A stretch of 64,000 bases of DNA from Promethearchaeota archaeon (GTDB taxonomy: Archaea; Asgardarchaeota; Lokiarchaeia; Sigyniarchaeales; SOKP01): contig JAHPZA010000009.1 in NCBI GenBank assembly GCA_019058445.1, positions 128,001-192,000 on the forward strand, in the 5' to 3' direction. This document shows, in pieces, positions 31,286 through 42,146 of this stretch. Both the position numbers and the translations under genes were made by a program. The notes below the pieces were generated by a model. That model was not told the origin of the DNA, did not search any database, and saw nothing but the letters and a program-made list of their open reading frames with translations. How positions within the stretch are numbered: position 1 is the first letter of the stretch; every line of letters starts with the position of its first letter.

Positions 31286-32971
31286 TTGAAAAATAGTCTT
31301 TCGGAGAGAAATATGGTAGCCTATGATTTTGATAAGGATGTTCAAAAGGTATTTGATACATCATTTTCAGATATTCCATTTATAGATTGGAAAGAATGGT
31401 TAAATATTTCTTCTAAGGATGAATTCGAAACTTTAGCACTGAACCTTTCAGGTTTAGATAAAGTAAATGATTTATTAAATAGAATTAAAAAAGTAAAAAC
31501 AAACAGCAGAAGCTTCTCAGTAAACCTAGATCCCTATATTGAAGATTACGATGGTCTTGATCCTTTAATTTTGGTTCACACTTCAGGAACAACTGATAGT
31601 AGTTTGGCGGGGATTAAATGGTTTCATATGACAAAATCCACGATAGAAAGATTATGGGCACCGGGAATGCGCGCAATATTCGAATCTAGCGGCTTAACCT
31701 CAAAAGATTCTGCTGTAATATTTGTTCCTTCAAGATTAAAGCTTGATGGAATTAATGAATCTAACAATAGTCAATATATTTCTTTATATTCTTCTGAATT
31801 TTCTCAAAGAGTTATGCTCACTGCAATTAAACCTATTTCATATTTACTGTATGAATACAAGAATTCGAAAAATTTAGCAATTATAGCAAAAATATTATCT
31901 CTTGAAAACTTGTCAGTTATTTCAGCTCCCGCAGCTACTATTCTGGGATGGGCAAATATCGATAAATTCCGTGAGGGATTAAAAAAATCTATAGAAAATA
32001 TAAACATCATCGATGATCCCTTAACTGAGGAGTTTATAGTAATGATTAAGAATGAAGGTTTTAATACAGCTTCATATAAAATTCAAAATCAATTATCTGA
32101 GAAAGTATCTAAAGCTACTATCATATTCAGTATTAGCTCCCTTAATACTTATCAATGGGATTTAATAAGAAAATTTATGAAATGGGAAAAAGGAAATGAA
32201 AAATTTACAAACTTATATGTGGGTAGTGAAATCGGTCCATTTGCATCCTCACTTGGAAATTATTCACTAGCTTGTTTGAATAAAATGTATGTATTTCCCT
32301 TGACAATCCCAGTTGTAGAATACAAGGGAAAGTTAAGTTTAATCACCCAAGCTAAGAATAAGATCGGAAAATTATTAGTATCACGTCAAAATAATTCACA
32401 TCCATTAATTAACATTGATACTGGAGATGTTATAGAAATTAAAAATCAGGAAAAAATTCCGATAATTAGAGGTGAAATATTTCGATCAGCCTTTCGTCTT
32501 AAATATCCTATCAATATTTCAAAAAAAGTCAAATCATCTGAAAATATAAATGTATTTGCTGGAGATTTATTTACTTTAAGGGAATTTGATATATTTGCCC
32601 CTCGATATTTGTTGGATTGCCTAATTAATGGATGTAAGATTCAAACAGATTCTTTATTATTAGTAGGGGTACAAGATAATCAGGTTCCTTGGGAGTTATT
32701 CCTTCCTGCTAATGAAGAAATTAAATGCATAAATAATGAGGAGATTCTTAAAACAATAAAAACTTGCCCATACGAGGAACAAATTGAAAACGCGATTCAA
32801 AATAATTATCTTAATATAACGATGATAGATGAGCAGCCAGTTGATTTTAAAGCTACACGATTAGGGATTTTGAAAAAAGTTCAAAAAGGGATTATTCCCA
32901 AGGGAATATTAAAAAAGTGGGCATTATATGTAGTCTTACCTACATCAATTTCGGAGGAAAAAATTTTATAA
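31286..32971 (+). CDS. divergent adenylate-forming (ANL; PaaK/LuxE/GH3-like) enzyme
   Basis: VHTSGTT P-loop, YVGSEIG, INIDTGD motifs. Confidence 0.6.
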   Translation: MKNSLSERNMVAYDFDKDVQKVFDTSFSDIPFIDWKEWLNISSKDEFETLALNLSGLDKVNDLLNRIKKVKTNSRSFSVNLDPYIEDYDGLDPLILVHTSGTTDSSLAGIKWFHMTKSTIERLWAPGMRAIFESSGLTSKDSAVIFVPSRLKLDGINESNNSQYISLYSSEFSQRVMLTAIKPISYLLYEYKNSKNLAIIAKILSLENLSVISAPAATILGWANIDKFREGLKKSIENINIIDDPLTEEFIVMIKNEGFNTASYKIQNQLSEKVSKATIIFSISSLNTYQWDLIRKFMKWEKGNEKFTNLYVGSEIGPFASSLGNYSLACLNKMYVFPLTIPVVEYKGKLSLITQAKNKIGKLLVSRQNNSHPLINIDTGDVIEIKNQEKIPIIRGEIFRSAFRLKYPINISKKVKSSENINVFAGDLFTLREFDIFAPRYLLDCLINGCKIQTDSLLLVGVQDNQVPWELFLPANEEIKCINNEEILKTIKTCPYEEQIENAIQNNYLNITMIDEQPVDFKATRLGILKKVQKGIIPKGILKKWALYVVLPTSISEEKIL

Positions 32972-33100
32972 CTGATAATTTAAAATCATAATTTACATGA
33001 TTAATATTATATAGAGAGAAATCTAATCTTAATAACGTCAGTAAATATATACCCAATTATGTGGTGAATTAAAATAAATATTAGCCTGTATGATTTATCT

Positions 33101-33820
33101 ATGCATGATCTATTACAGGGAAGTTTTAGTTTAATTTATGTCGTTATCTCTTATATTTTAGGGGTTTTAATCCTTTTAAAATATTTTAAATTTAAAACGA
33201 GAGATTATATCTTCGTTGGACTTGCCTGGATGGGGATTTCCAATCCATGGATCGGAGATGCCATATCTTTTCTTATGATAATTTTTATAGGATCCACCTT
33301 GAATCCTTTAATTTATTTTATAGTTGCATATGCAATTATCCCATTTTTCATTTTATGTTGGTTAATCGCATTTACAGATTTATTATATCCTAATAAGCAG
33401 AAACTACTTTTAATTTTATATTTGATCTTTACTGCTATCTTCGAAATCCACTTTTTTTATTTACTATATACAGATATTTCGTCAATAGGAGTTTTTGTTG
33501 GCATTTTTCGAATACGTTGGAGTCTTTTAATGGAAATTTATTTCAGTCTTTTCATTCTTACAGCAATTATTTCGGGGATTTTGTTTGCTCAAGTTTCAAT
33601 TAAATCTCATAATCCAGAAGTTAGTTTAAAAGGTAAACTTATATTGGCAGCATTTATCTCATTCACAGCAGCGGCAGTTACTGAAGCATTCGGCCATTTA
33701 GATCCCTTAACTGTAGTTCTAACGAGAATCATCTTAATATCAAGCTCAATCGAATTTTATTTAGGTTTTATATTACCAAGAAGAATTAGAGATTTTTTTC
33801 TAAAAGAAGAAAAAGCATGA
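33101..33820 (+). CDS. multi-pass (~7 TM) membrane protein
   Basis: About seven hydrophobic segments; C-terminal ISSSIEFYLGFILP shared with 39444-40205. Confidence 0.75.
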   Translation: MHDLLQGSFSLIYVVISYILGVLILLKYFKFKTRDYIFVGLAWMGISNPWIGDAISFLMIIFIGSTLNPLIYFIVAYAIIPFFILCWLIAFTDLLYPNKQKLLLILYLIFTAIFEIHFFYLLYTDISSIGVFVGIFRIRWSLLMEIYFSLFILTAIISGILFAQVSIKSHNPEVSLKGKLILAAFISFTAAAVTEAFGHLDPLTVVLTRIILISSSIEFYLGFILPRRIRDFFLKEEKA

Positions 33821-33926
33821 TTTTTATAATTTAAAATCTAAAATTTTTTTTATTTCTAATTTCTTCCATAATTAACTTAATACATATCATTAAAATGTCA
33901 TTTTAAGTCAAAGGTGGCAAAAAAGT

Positions 33927-34202
33927 ATGGGAGAACAGAAAAAAGTGGGCCATGCTCAACATTTAAAGGCAGTAAATCACCCAATTAGACGAAAAATGTT
34001 GACTTTCATAAATGAAGTAGAAAAAATCTCAGAAAAAGACTTACTGGAGAAACTTAGTAATAATAATATTCTAGATGATGAGAATATGTTTCGATATAAC
34101 ATGGGTTTTCTAATACAAGCTCAATGTGTTGAAAAAATTGATGGTGAAAATGGCACCTCTTACAAAATTTTACCGGGCGGAAAGGTAATTGAAAATTTTT
34201 AA
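33927..34202 (+). CDS. ArsR-like winged-helix protein
   Basis: LKAVNHPIRRKML...YKILPGG. Confidence 0.75.
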   Translation: MGEQKKVGHAQHLKAVNHPIRRKMLTFINEVEKISEKDLLEKLSNNNILDDENMFRYNMGFLIQAQCVEKIDGENGTSYKILPGGKVIENF

Positions 34203-34267
34203 TTTCTTTTCTTTTTTTATAATTTTATAGACGTGAAGAAAAAATATTTTACCATATTTATCTTACC

Positions 34268-34603
34268 ATGCCAGATGAGTTTGAATTTCGAGAATATAAA
34301 TCATTAGAGGACTATATGAAAACCTTAGAGGGCTCAACTTATTACCATGGCTTATTATTAAGAGCAGTGAATCATCCCATTCGAAAAGAAATTTTAAAAA
34401 TAGTAAATAGGCAAAAAAGAATAACTCATACTGAATTATTTTTAGAATTAAAAAAAGAAAATATATTAGATGATGAAAATGTTCTGAATTATAATCTAGA
34501 TTATCTTATTAAAGCACTCTGTATCAATGTGATAAAATACGAAGCTAGTGGTCAACTCATTTATGAAATTACCCAAAGCGGACAAGTTGTAGATTGGCTT
34601 TGA
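34268..34603 (+). CDS. ArsR-like winged-helix protein (tandem paralog)
   Basis: LRAVNHPIRKEIL...NILDDEN...YEITQSG. Confidence 0.75.
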   Translation: MPDEFEFREYKSLEDYMKTLEGSTYYHGLLLRAVNHPIRKEILKIVNRQKRITHTELFLELKKENILDDENVLNYNLDYLIKALCINVIKYEASGQLIYEITQSGQVVDWL

Positions 34604-34873
34604 AGGAAGTGTGTAATTGATCTAGATGATTCAACAGATATTTTTAAAGCGAAAGAAGTTCTTGGAGACATATTCTGCATCTCTGGTAATGTTATGGAGA
34701 GGCTTCTTACATTTGGTACTCCTCAAAAAGTTGAGGATTATTCTAAAAAATTAATTGATATTGTCGGAGAGGGAGGAGGATTTGTTTTAAAAGGAGAGGC
34801 TCCAAGAGAAGCAAAAGCTGAAAATATTAAAGCTATGGTTAATGTGGCAAAAAATTGTAGAGCTGATACATAA
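34604..34873 (+). pseudogene. C-terminal remnant of a uroporphyrinogen decarboxylase / MtaA-CmuA methyltransferase family gene
   Basis: Manual translation: RKCVIDLDDSTDIFKAKEVLGDIFCISGNVMERLLTFGTPQKVEDYSKKLIDIVGEGGGFVL...EAKAENIKAMV; no N-terminal part and no suitable start. Confidence 0.8.
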
Positions 34874-35069
34874 TTTTTAAATCTTATTGAAAAGTTTTAA
34901 TGATAGACTTCAAATCAAATAATTTTTAATAGTAGCTAAATAATTAATTACTAATTTTTTCTAATTTTTACTCAGGATTACTTAATCTTTATAGATAGTT
35001 TTATATTAAAATAAGTTTCAAGATATAATTAAAACACTTCATTTAAAAACCAAATATATTTGATGTATT

Positions 35070-36470
35070 ATGAATGAGAGGAAAGAAGGATCATTAGAAG
35101 GATATTCAACGAAATTCGCTGTTTTTTATTCCTTCGGGCAATTGAGTGATGTAATCGGATACCAAATGTTTGTGTTTCTAATTTTCACATTTTATTACGC
35201 TGTTGTTGGATTAAATATCAATTTAATATCAATTGGATTTATTATCTGGAGCATTTGGAACGCGATTAATGATCCCATGATTGGAACTCTTTCAGATCGC
35301 ACAAATACAAGATGGGGTAGAAGAAAACCATATGTCCTTATTGGATTTATTCCCTACTGCATTATTACAGTTCTTCTCTGGACACCCCCAATAGACGCGG
35401 AAGTTCTAACTTTTATCTATTTTATAATAACCATACTTTTATTTGATACTATTTATACCTCATATTCTATGGGACAGGCAAGCATGTTTCCAGAGCTTTT
35501 TAAAAATGAAGAAGAACGAACTAAAGCAAATAACATTCGGCAAATTTTTACTATTATTGGTTTAATTGCGGCATTTGTAATGCCAACTTTCTTTATTCCT
35601 AAGCTTGATAGCCCTAAATATTTTTTGAATTACAGATATGCGGGAATGTTTGCGGCATTTTTAATATTTATTTTTGGCCTAACTTTTATTAAATTTGGAA
35701 CAAAAATACCTGCGGAATTTACAGAAGATTACAAGACAGCTCCTCCCTTTTTTAAATCATTAAAAACATCTTTGAAAAATAAATCGTTCAGATGGTACGT
35801 AATTATACATTTTACGAACTGGTATGTTTATTCAATGCTTCCTACTATTTTCCCACTTTACGGTAGTTTTGTGTTAGGGATTAAAGAAGGAGAATCTATA
35901 TTGATTGGATTGTTGTTAGCTTTGACATTTATATCTGCTGTTTTTTTTATGCTCATATGGCGTACTATTGGGCTAAAATTGGGAGTGAAAAAAGGGATAA
36001 TGATTTCTCAAACGGTTTTCATTTTAGCTTTATTGCCCTATATGTGGATATCAAGTTTCACTGAGGCTTTATTAGTATCTTTTCTTGTCGGACTCGGTCT
36101 TTCCGGCTCATTACTTTATTTAGATATTCTCATTGCTTCAGTTATGGATGAAGATGAATTAAATACAGGTGTAAGAAGGACTGGAGGAATTTATGGGATT
36201 AGCACATTCATTTTGAGATATGCTTCAATATTTATGATCCTTTCTATTAGTCTTGTATTCAATTCAGTAGGGTGGGCGGTTTTTGATCCAAAAGGGGCAT
36301 CCCAAGAAACCATATTTGGTCTTAGGCTTTTAATGTTTGCATTTCCAGCAACAGCATTATTTATAGGGATATTAGCTACGATTAAGTTTCCTATTTCCAA
36401 AGACAGATATACTGAAATAAAACAAAAATTGGAAAAATTACATCAAGAAAAAAGAGAGAAAACAGCTTAA
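35070..36470 (+). CDS. MFS GPH-family transporter
   Basis: WNAINDPMIGTLSDRTNTRWGRRKPY, DEDELNTGVRR. Confidence 0.92.
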   Translation: MNERKEGSLEGYSTKFAVFYSFGQLSDVIGYQMFVFLIFTFYYAVVGLNINLISIGFIIWSIWNAINDPMIGTLSDRTNTRWGRRKPYVLIGFIPYCIITVLLWTPPIDAEVLTFIYFIITILLFDTIYTSYSMGQASMFPELFKNEEERTKANNIRQIFTIIGLIAAFVMPTFFIPKLDSPKYFLNYRYAGMFAAFLIFIFGLTFIKFGTKIPAEFTEDYKTAPPFFKSLKTSLKNKSFRWYVIIHFTNWYVYSMLPTIFPLYGSFVLGIKEGESILIGLLLALTFISAVFFMLIWRTIGLKLGVKKGIMISQTVFILALLPYMWISSFTEALLVSFLVGLGLSGSLLYLDILIASVMDEDELNTGVRRTGGIYGISTFILRYASIFMILSISLVFNSVGWAVFDPKGASQETIFGLRLLMFAFPATALFIGILATIKFPISKDRYTEIKQKLEKLHQEKREKTA

Positions 36471-36538
36471 TAATGAAAATTTAATATCAATTCTTTTTGT
36501 TTTCTTTATTATATTATATAACTTTGTAATATTGTGGT

Positions 36539-39115
36539 TTAAATCATTGAATGTTCAGTTCGGGATATTACTTCATCTTGAATTTCTTTTCCTAAATCAA
36601 CAAAGTATGCACTATAGCCCCCAACCTTAACGATAACATTTCTATATTTTTCGCGATCTTTTTGAGCTGCCAATAAAACTTCTTTAGAAACCACAGTGGG
36701 CTGAAGTTGTTCCCCTCCTAGTTCGAAGTATGTTTTTATCAATGAGATCCATTTATTCTTCGCCTCCTCCGTTTTTCCAATTCCAGAGGGATGCATTCGA
36801 ATATTCACGGCACAACCACAGACATGCTCAAAGTCAAGTGCTGCAACGGATCTTAAAACGCCAGTTACGCCATTCTCTTCTACATTATATGGATTACAAC
36901 TAGATGCTAATGGTTTTCCTGCTAATCTACCATCTGGAGTTGCTAATGATACCCTGCCCACATATGTATGACTTGTCATGCTAATGATAAATGGAGCATA
37001 AATGCCGTCCTTATATGTCTTGTACTTATATGTTTCTTCAAACATGCGAGATGTAACTTCTCTGGAGAGTTCATCGCATTCTGGATTTCCATTTCCCCAT
37101 TTACCATCAAGATCTAGGATTAACTGGTGAATCCATTCATACCCGTGTGTAAAATTATTATCAATCGCATCAACAAGCTCTTTCAATGAAAATTTTCTTT
37201 GTTCAAAAACTAATTTTTTTATCACGTACAAAGAATCAATAACATTAGCAATGCTAGCCAAAAAGAGGATACCTTCGCAATCGTAGATTGCTCCTCCTTG
37301 AGTCACATCCTTTCTATTTTCCAAACACCCTTGAACAAATGCAGATAAAAATGGTGAAGGCAAGAATTTAGCGTATATTTCATCTCTAATTTTTGTTGCG
37401 TCTACTATATGTTGGATAACATAATCCGATTGTTTATAAAAGGCTTGAAGGAACTCTTCAAATGTTTTAAATGATTCTGGTTCACCCGTTTTCGGACCGA
37501 TATCTTTTATAGGTCCTACTAAAGTCTTTGAATTCCCATTTCGTAGCGCAGTATCAAGTGTATTACATAATAATATTGCAGAGAAACCAATTCCCCCTGT
37601 CTTACCAGGAGTTGCCATGTCGACGCAGCCCGTGATGCAATATCCCTGAGCATCTTCTTCACTAACTCCTCGCTTAATTAACGCTTTTTTTCCAATATTA
37701 TCATTTAACATTGAGAGACTTGATACTCCCTTATATTGAAGGTCAGCAATTTTTAAATATAATTCATCTGGTGTTTCATCATGTAATCTTACTGCAAAGT
37801 TTAGGCAAGCCCTTGAACGTTCAACTGCGTCTAAAAGAAGATATGTCAATTTATTTGTGGCATCTTCTCCTGATTCCGTAAGCCCTCCTAACGTAACTGG
37901 TTCAGAGCCCTCATAACGTTGACTAAATTCTGAAAGAGCATCTGGATACGGACGTACATTATGACTCATTATTTTTAATATTAATTCTTCCAATAATTCA
38001 CGTGCTTCTTCAGGAGTAATTCTTCCTTCTTCCATATCACGTTTATAATAAGGGTAAAAGATTTGATCGAGACGACCAGGTCCATGAACATTAAAAGGAA
38101 GGGCTAAATCAACCGCAACTTTGAGAATCCAATATAGTTGTACAGCTTCTTGGAATGTTTTGGCAGGTTTTGATTTTACATTATTACATGCATCATACAT
38201 TTTAGATAATATAGCTTTTCTTATCGGATCATTGGTATTTTTAATTTCTTCCTTAAGTTTTTCAGTCAATCTCTTCCCGTATATCATTATCCCTTCCAGA
38301 GCTGTATCAAGGGAGGTTAAAAAATCTAGTTGTTCTGGTTTTAAATTATCATTCTTCTTGATTTCTTCCTGTACTTCTTCTCGCATGCCTAAAAATCCTT
38401 TTTGGATGGCAGTCTCATGGTCAAGAATTATATGTCCTTGCCAGCCCCCTATGACTGCATTATTTGAGATTATTGGTTGGTTTTGAGATTTTGTTATTGG
38501 TACATGACTAATGAAATCATAAAATTCACCTTTATAGATTTTTTTTTCTAAAAAAGTTTTCTCAATTAGTTCGGAAATCGTTTTTCCTTTCCAATAGGGA
38601 AATAACTCATTTAGAAGCATTTCTTTATCCTCTTCTTTTATTTGAAATGGATTTATCCTTCTTTGATCTAAAGGATGGCTTCCCATGGTTGGTATAGCAG
38701 CGCCCATCTCTTTTATCTCTTCTATATATTTAATAAGATCTATTCCTTTTTTATTCATATATTCTATAAAGGATTTGTTAAATTCCTTTTCAAATTTTCT
38801 CATGGCTTTTTTATCAATTTCAGTCTCGAGTATTTTGTTCCATATACCACGCTCTATATCAATAGGTATACCAAGGAAGCTTTCTGTCCATTTTCCCGCA
38901 ATACGATCATCAGGATTTATATAGATTTGCATCTTTTCATAAACATTTTTCATAGATAAAGCTATTCTAACACCAACAGATAAATTACTTCCCTCAGTTT
39001 CAGACCACTTTTCAGTGTAATATTTGGCTCTTTCAACAGAAATTAATGTCTTATCATCAAGAAACCTTCTACGAATATTTTTAATTCTTTCACTCGCATT
39101 ATCTATAATTTCCAT
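36539..39115 (-). CDS. glycyl radical enzyme (PFL2/eliminase-like, substrate unknown)
   Basis: GRLDQ, TLGG, ITGCVD Cys loop, WGN, ATPDGR, VKVGGYSAYF Gly loop, EVISRTEH. Confidence 0.93.
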   Translation of the reverse strand: MEIIDNASERIKNIRRRFLDDKTLISVERAKYYTEKWSETEGSNLSVGVRIALSMKNVYEKMQIYINPDDRIAGKWTESFLGIPIDIERGIWNKILETEIDKKAMRKFEKEFNKSFIEYMNKKGIDLIKYIEEIKEMGAAIPTMGSHPLDQRRINPFQIKEEDKEMLLNELFPYWKGKTISELIEKTFLEKKIYKGEFYDFISHVPITKSQNQPIISNNAVIGGWQGHIILDHETAIQKGFLGMREEVQEEIKKNDNLKPEQLDFLTSLDTALEGIMIYGKRLTEKLKEEIKNTNDPIRKAILSKMYDACNNVKSKPAKTFQEAVQLYWILKVAVDLALPFNVHGPGRLDQIFYPYYKRDMEEGRITPEEARELLEELILKIMSHNVRPYPDALSEFSQRYEGSEPVTLGGLTESGEDATNKLTYLLLDAVERSRACLNFAVRLHDETPDELYLKIADLQYKGVSSLSMLNDNIGKKALIKRGVSEEDAQGYCITGCVDMATPGKTGGIGFSAILLCNTLDTALRNGNSKTLVGPIKDIGPKTGEPESFKTFEEFLQAFYKQSDYVIQHIVDATKIRDEIYAKFLPSPFLSAFVQGCLENRKDVTQGGAIYDCEGILFLASIANVIDSLYVIKKLVFEQRKFSLKELVDAIDNNFTHGYEWIHQLILDLDGKWGNGNPECDELSREVTSRMFEETYKYKTYKDGIYAPFIISMTSHTYVGRVSLATPDGRLAGKPLASSCNPYNVEENGVTGVLRSVAALDFEHVCGCAVNIRMHPSGIGKTEEAKNKWISLIKTYFELGGEQLQPTVVSKEVLLAAQKDREKYRNVIVKVGGYSAYFVDLGKEIQDEVISRTEHSMI

Positions 39116-39443
39116 ATATCAATCACCCATCAAAATTTGTTTTTACTAATATATGTATATTATGATAAATAATGCATATTACAATATTTAAACGTTTGGA
39201 ATAATTGCGATTTATCAAACATTAGAAATCTACTGATATATTTATATATAATGATGATTAATCTTCTAATTAAAATTGAAGTTAATTGTGTTAATGAGAG
39301 AAAATTTTATTAGATATATAAGAGAAAGCAATGAAGATCTTTTTAAATAATAATCTATAAATTTATTGGTTATTAATATGAAAATATTTGTTATATGTTG
39401 ATTGAATTATATATTTTTTTAAAATAAATGAGTATAGTAAAAA

Positions 39444-40205
39444 ATGGGCATAGAAGAAATATCTCAAATTGAATTAACTATTGTATTTTTTGACATAATT
39501 TTTGTAATAATTTCAACAATTATATCAATTAAAACAATTCTTAAATATTTTGGTTTAAGGAAAAAAGTTTTCTTAACAGCTGGATTTACTTGGCTCTCTC
39601 TTAGTACTACATATTGGTCAACTTCACTGGCTTGTTTTTACCATCTTTTGTTTGAAAGACCCATTAATTCTCAATTTTATATTGTCGTAAATAATGTTCA
39701 AACTGGGTTTATACTAATGTTTTGGATATATACGTTTTGTCTCCTAATCTACCCAGAGAGAAAAAAAGCAATACTCATACCATTTTTTACAATAACTATT
39801 ATTTTAGAGACTATTCTGATAGTCTTAATTATTGTAGCTCCTTACTATGTTGCTACGACTACAGGCTATTGTATGATAAAACCTGAAATATATTCTATTA
39901 TATTCAAATTTTTTGTTCTTATTGTGATTTTTATTTCTATCGTTATTTTTTATAGAGAATCAATGAAATCTGAAAAGCCAGAAATTCGATGGAAGGCAAG
40001 TTTTTTACTACTAGCGATGATATCTTATGGTATTAGTTTATTTGAGATTGTATATGTCGGTTTTTTCATTGAATCAATAACAATTATTACTCTTATAGTG
40101 ATAATCATATTTAGATTTTTCTTAATATCGAGTGCCATTGAATTTTATCTTGGTTTTTTTTTACCAAATAAAATAGCAAAATGGATAATAAAAGAGGAAG
40201 AATAA
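39444..40205 (+). CDS. multi-pass (~7 TM) membrane protein, paralog of 33101-33820
   Basis: Hydrophobic segments; KSEKPEIRWK and ISSAIEFYLGFFLP match the paralog. Confidence 0.75.
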   Translation: MGIEEISQIELTIVFFDIIFVIISTIISIKTILKYFGLRKKVFLTAGFTWLSLSTTYWSTSLACFYHLLFERPINSQFYIVVNNVQTGFILMFWIYTFCLLIYPERKKAILIPFFTITIILETILIVLIIVAPYYVATTTGYCMIKPEIYSIIFKFFVLIVIFISIVIFYRESMKSEKPEIRWKASFLLLAMISYGISLFEIVYVGFFIESITIITLIVIIIFRFFLISSAIEFYLGFFLPNKIAKWIIKEEE

Positions 40206-40396
40206 TTTAATCAGGTTCTATAATTATTTTATAGTTAATTTAACAATAAAGATTTCAAATGTTCAAACCATAGAAGTAATTTATAAATTATTAATTATTT
40301 TTTAAAACTTTAATCAACCAATATAAGCTTGAAATTAAAAGGTTCTAAGAAAATTAGTAGCTAATTTGAAATTAAATAAAAAAATATTATAAAAAA

Positions 40397-41110
40397 ATGA
40401 CTGATATCGAAAAATTAATGGAAAAATTAAAGAAACGAATTGAATTCATGAAACTATTATCTAGCGTTCCTAAACTACGTATTTTGTTATTGCTTCTTAT
40501 ATTTCGAAAATTAAGCCTTGCTCAGCTAAGTAAGTTATTAGGAAGGACTAAGGCGACAGTAACTCATCATATTAAGAAATTTGAAACCTCCGGAATTATA
40601 AAAACCTCGAGAAAGGAAGCTCGTGGTTCCATTGATGCAAAACTTTATGAACTAGATCCTGATTTCTTTGAATTAGTAGAATTGAGTTTTGATAAGTTTC
40701 AGTCACTCGAACAAAATGAAAGTAGAGAATTATTACATTATGTGCTTTTGAGAGATAAATGGATGTTTGAAGTTTTTAGAAATATTCTAAATTTTGCTAA
40801 TCGATTTTATCAAGAGATTGATGAGAGGTTCTTAACAGATAATTCAGATTTTATTAAACAAACTAAAGATTTTTATTTTAAGAGTCCTGTCGATTATGAT
40901 ATTTGGTTTCTCACTGAAGATGGAAAAAAATCTTATGATAAAGCTGTTATCCAATTTAAAGAACGAATTAATAAAATTGTTGAGGACGATACTAAAAAAG
41001 GAAAATTAGTTGTAAGACCATATTGTATTCTTAATCTTGTTCTTCCTCTCAAAAAATTATCTGAGTTTGATCTTGAAAGAAAGAGAATAATGGATTTTTT
41101 AGGAAGTTAA
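40397..41110 (+). CDS. ArsR/HTH_20-type transcriptional regulator with C-terminal extension
   Basis: KLRILLLL...LSLAQLSKLLGRTKATVTHHIKKFETSGII. Confidence 0.85.
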   Translation: MTDIEKLMEKLKKRIEFMKLLSSVPKLRILLLLLIFRKLSLAQLSKLLGRTKATVTHHIKKFETSGIIKTSRKEARGSIDAKLYELDPDFFELVELSFDKFQSLEQNESRELLHYVLLRDKWMFEVFRNILNFANRFYQEIDERFLTDNSDFIKQTKDFYFKSPVDYDIWFLTEDGKKSYDKAVIQFKERINKIVEDDTKKGKLVVRPYCILNLVLPLKKLSEFDLERKRIMDFLGS

Positions 41111-41237
41111 TTATATTATAATGATTTTAAATTTCCAACATTAAATCAGTTCGATTTAAATTATAATCGGATTATTGTAGGATTTATTTTACTATTTTAG
41201 GATTAAAATTAAGTATTTAAATGGAAGAATTTGTGTT

Positions 41238-42146
41238 TTAACGATTACAAACGACTTGAAAATTATATTGCTCAAATGTTTTAGTAATTTCTTCTAATTC
41301 TTCTTCAGTTAAATCTCCCATATCTTTATATAAGTGCCCTTTGCCCACTTTCTCATATTTCGTTTTCGCCATTTTATTATATGGCATTAAATGAACTGAA
41401 CCAGAATAATGGATTTTTTTTAAAAAATTTGCGATACCTTCAATAGTTTTAAGATCGGTATTAACGCCAGGAATAATGGGAATACGTGCGATAATTCTAT
41501 TACTTCCCACCTTGGAGTGAATTTTAGCAAAATTATTTAGGATTTTTTCATTAGAAACAAATGTGAATTTCTTATGTTCATATGAGTCAGGATGTTTTAT
41601 ATCGAATAGAAATAGATCAACTAAATTAACAAGATTTTCAATAAGATCTTCTTTAAAAAATCCACAAGTTTCTATTGCGGTATGAATTCCTTTCTGTTTA
41701 AACGATTTGAGAAGTTCTAATAGAAATTTTGATTGGAAGGTCGGTTCTCCTCCCGAAATGGTGATACCTCCCCCAGATGTTTCATAAAATGGTTTATCTA
41801 GTTCTGCTATATTCACAACTTTATCAACCAACATTGATTTCCCTATTAGCTGCATAACTTCATTCGGACAAGCTTCTACGCAATTTGCACATAAAGAACA
41901 TAAATCCTTATCTTTTATAACTCCATTAACTGTTAATTTAAGTGCTTTATTAGGACATGCTTCCACGCATAACCCACATTTTTTACATTTTTCTTTAAAA
42001 TATGAAATTTCTGGTTTTAACTCCTGAGATTCGGGATTATGACACCATAAACAGCGTAAAGGACAACCTTTTAGGAATATGATAGTGCGGATTCCAGGAC
42101 CATCATAAACAGCATAATGTTGAATATCGAATACTATTCCTTCCAT
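41238..42146 (-). CDS. glycyl-radical activating enzyme (radical SAM, with 2x[4Fe-4S] ferredoxin insert)
   Basis: DGPGIRT..FLKGCPLRCLWCHNPES, two CxxCxxCxxxCP motifs, SGGEP. Confidence 0.96.
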   Translation of the reverse strand: MEGIVFDIQHYAVYDGPGIRTIIFLKGCPLRCLWCHNPESQELKPEISYFKEKCKKCGLCVEACPNKALKLTVNGVIKDKDLCSLCANCVEACPNEVMQLIGKSMLVDKVVNIAELDKPFYETSGGGITISGGEPTFQSKFLLELLKSFKQKGIHTAIETCGFFKEDLIENLVNLVDLFLFDIKHPDSYEHKKFTFVSNEKILNNFAKIHSKVGSNRIIARIPIIPGVNTDLKTIEGIANFLKKIHYSGSVHLMPYNKMAKTKYEKVGKGHLYKDMGDLTEEELEEITKTFEQYNFQVVCNR

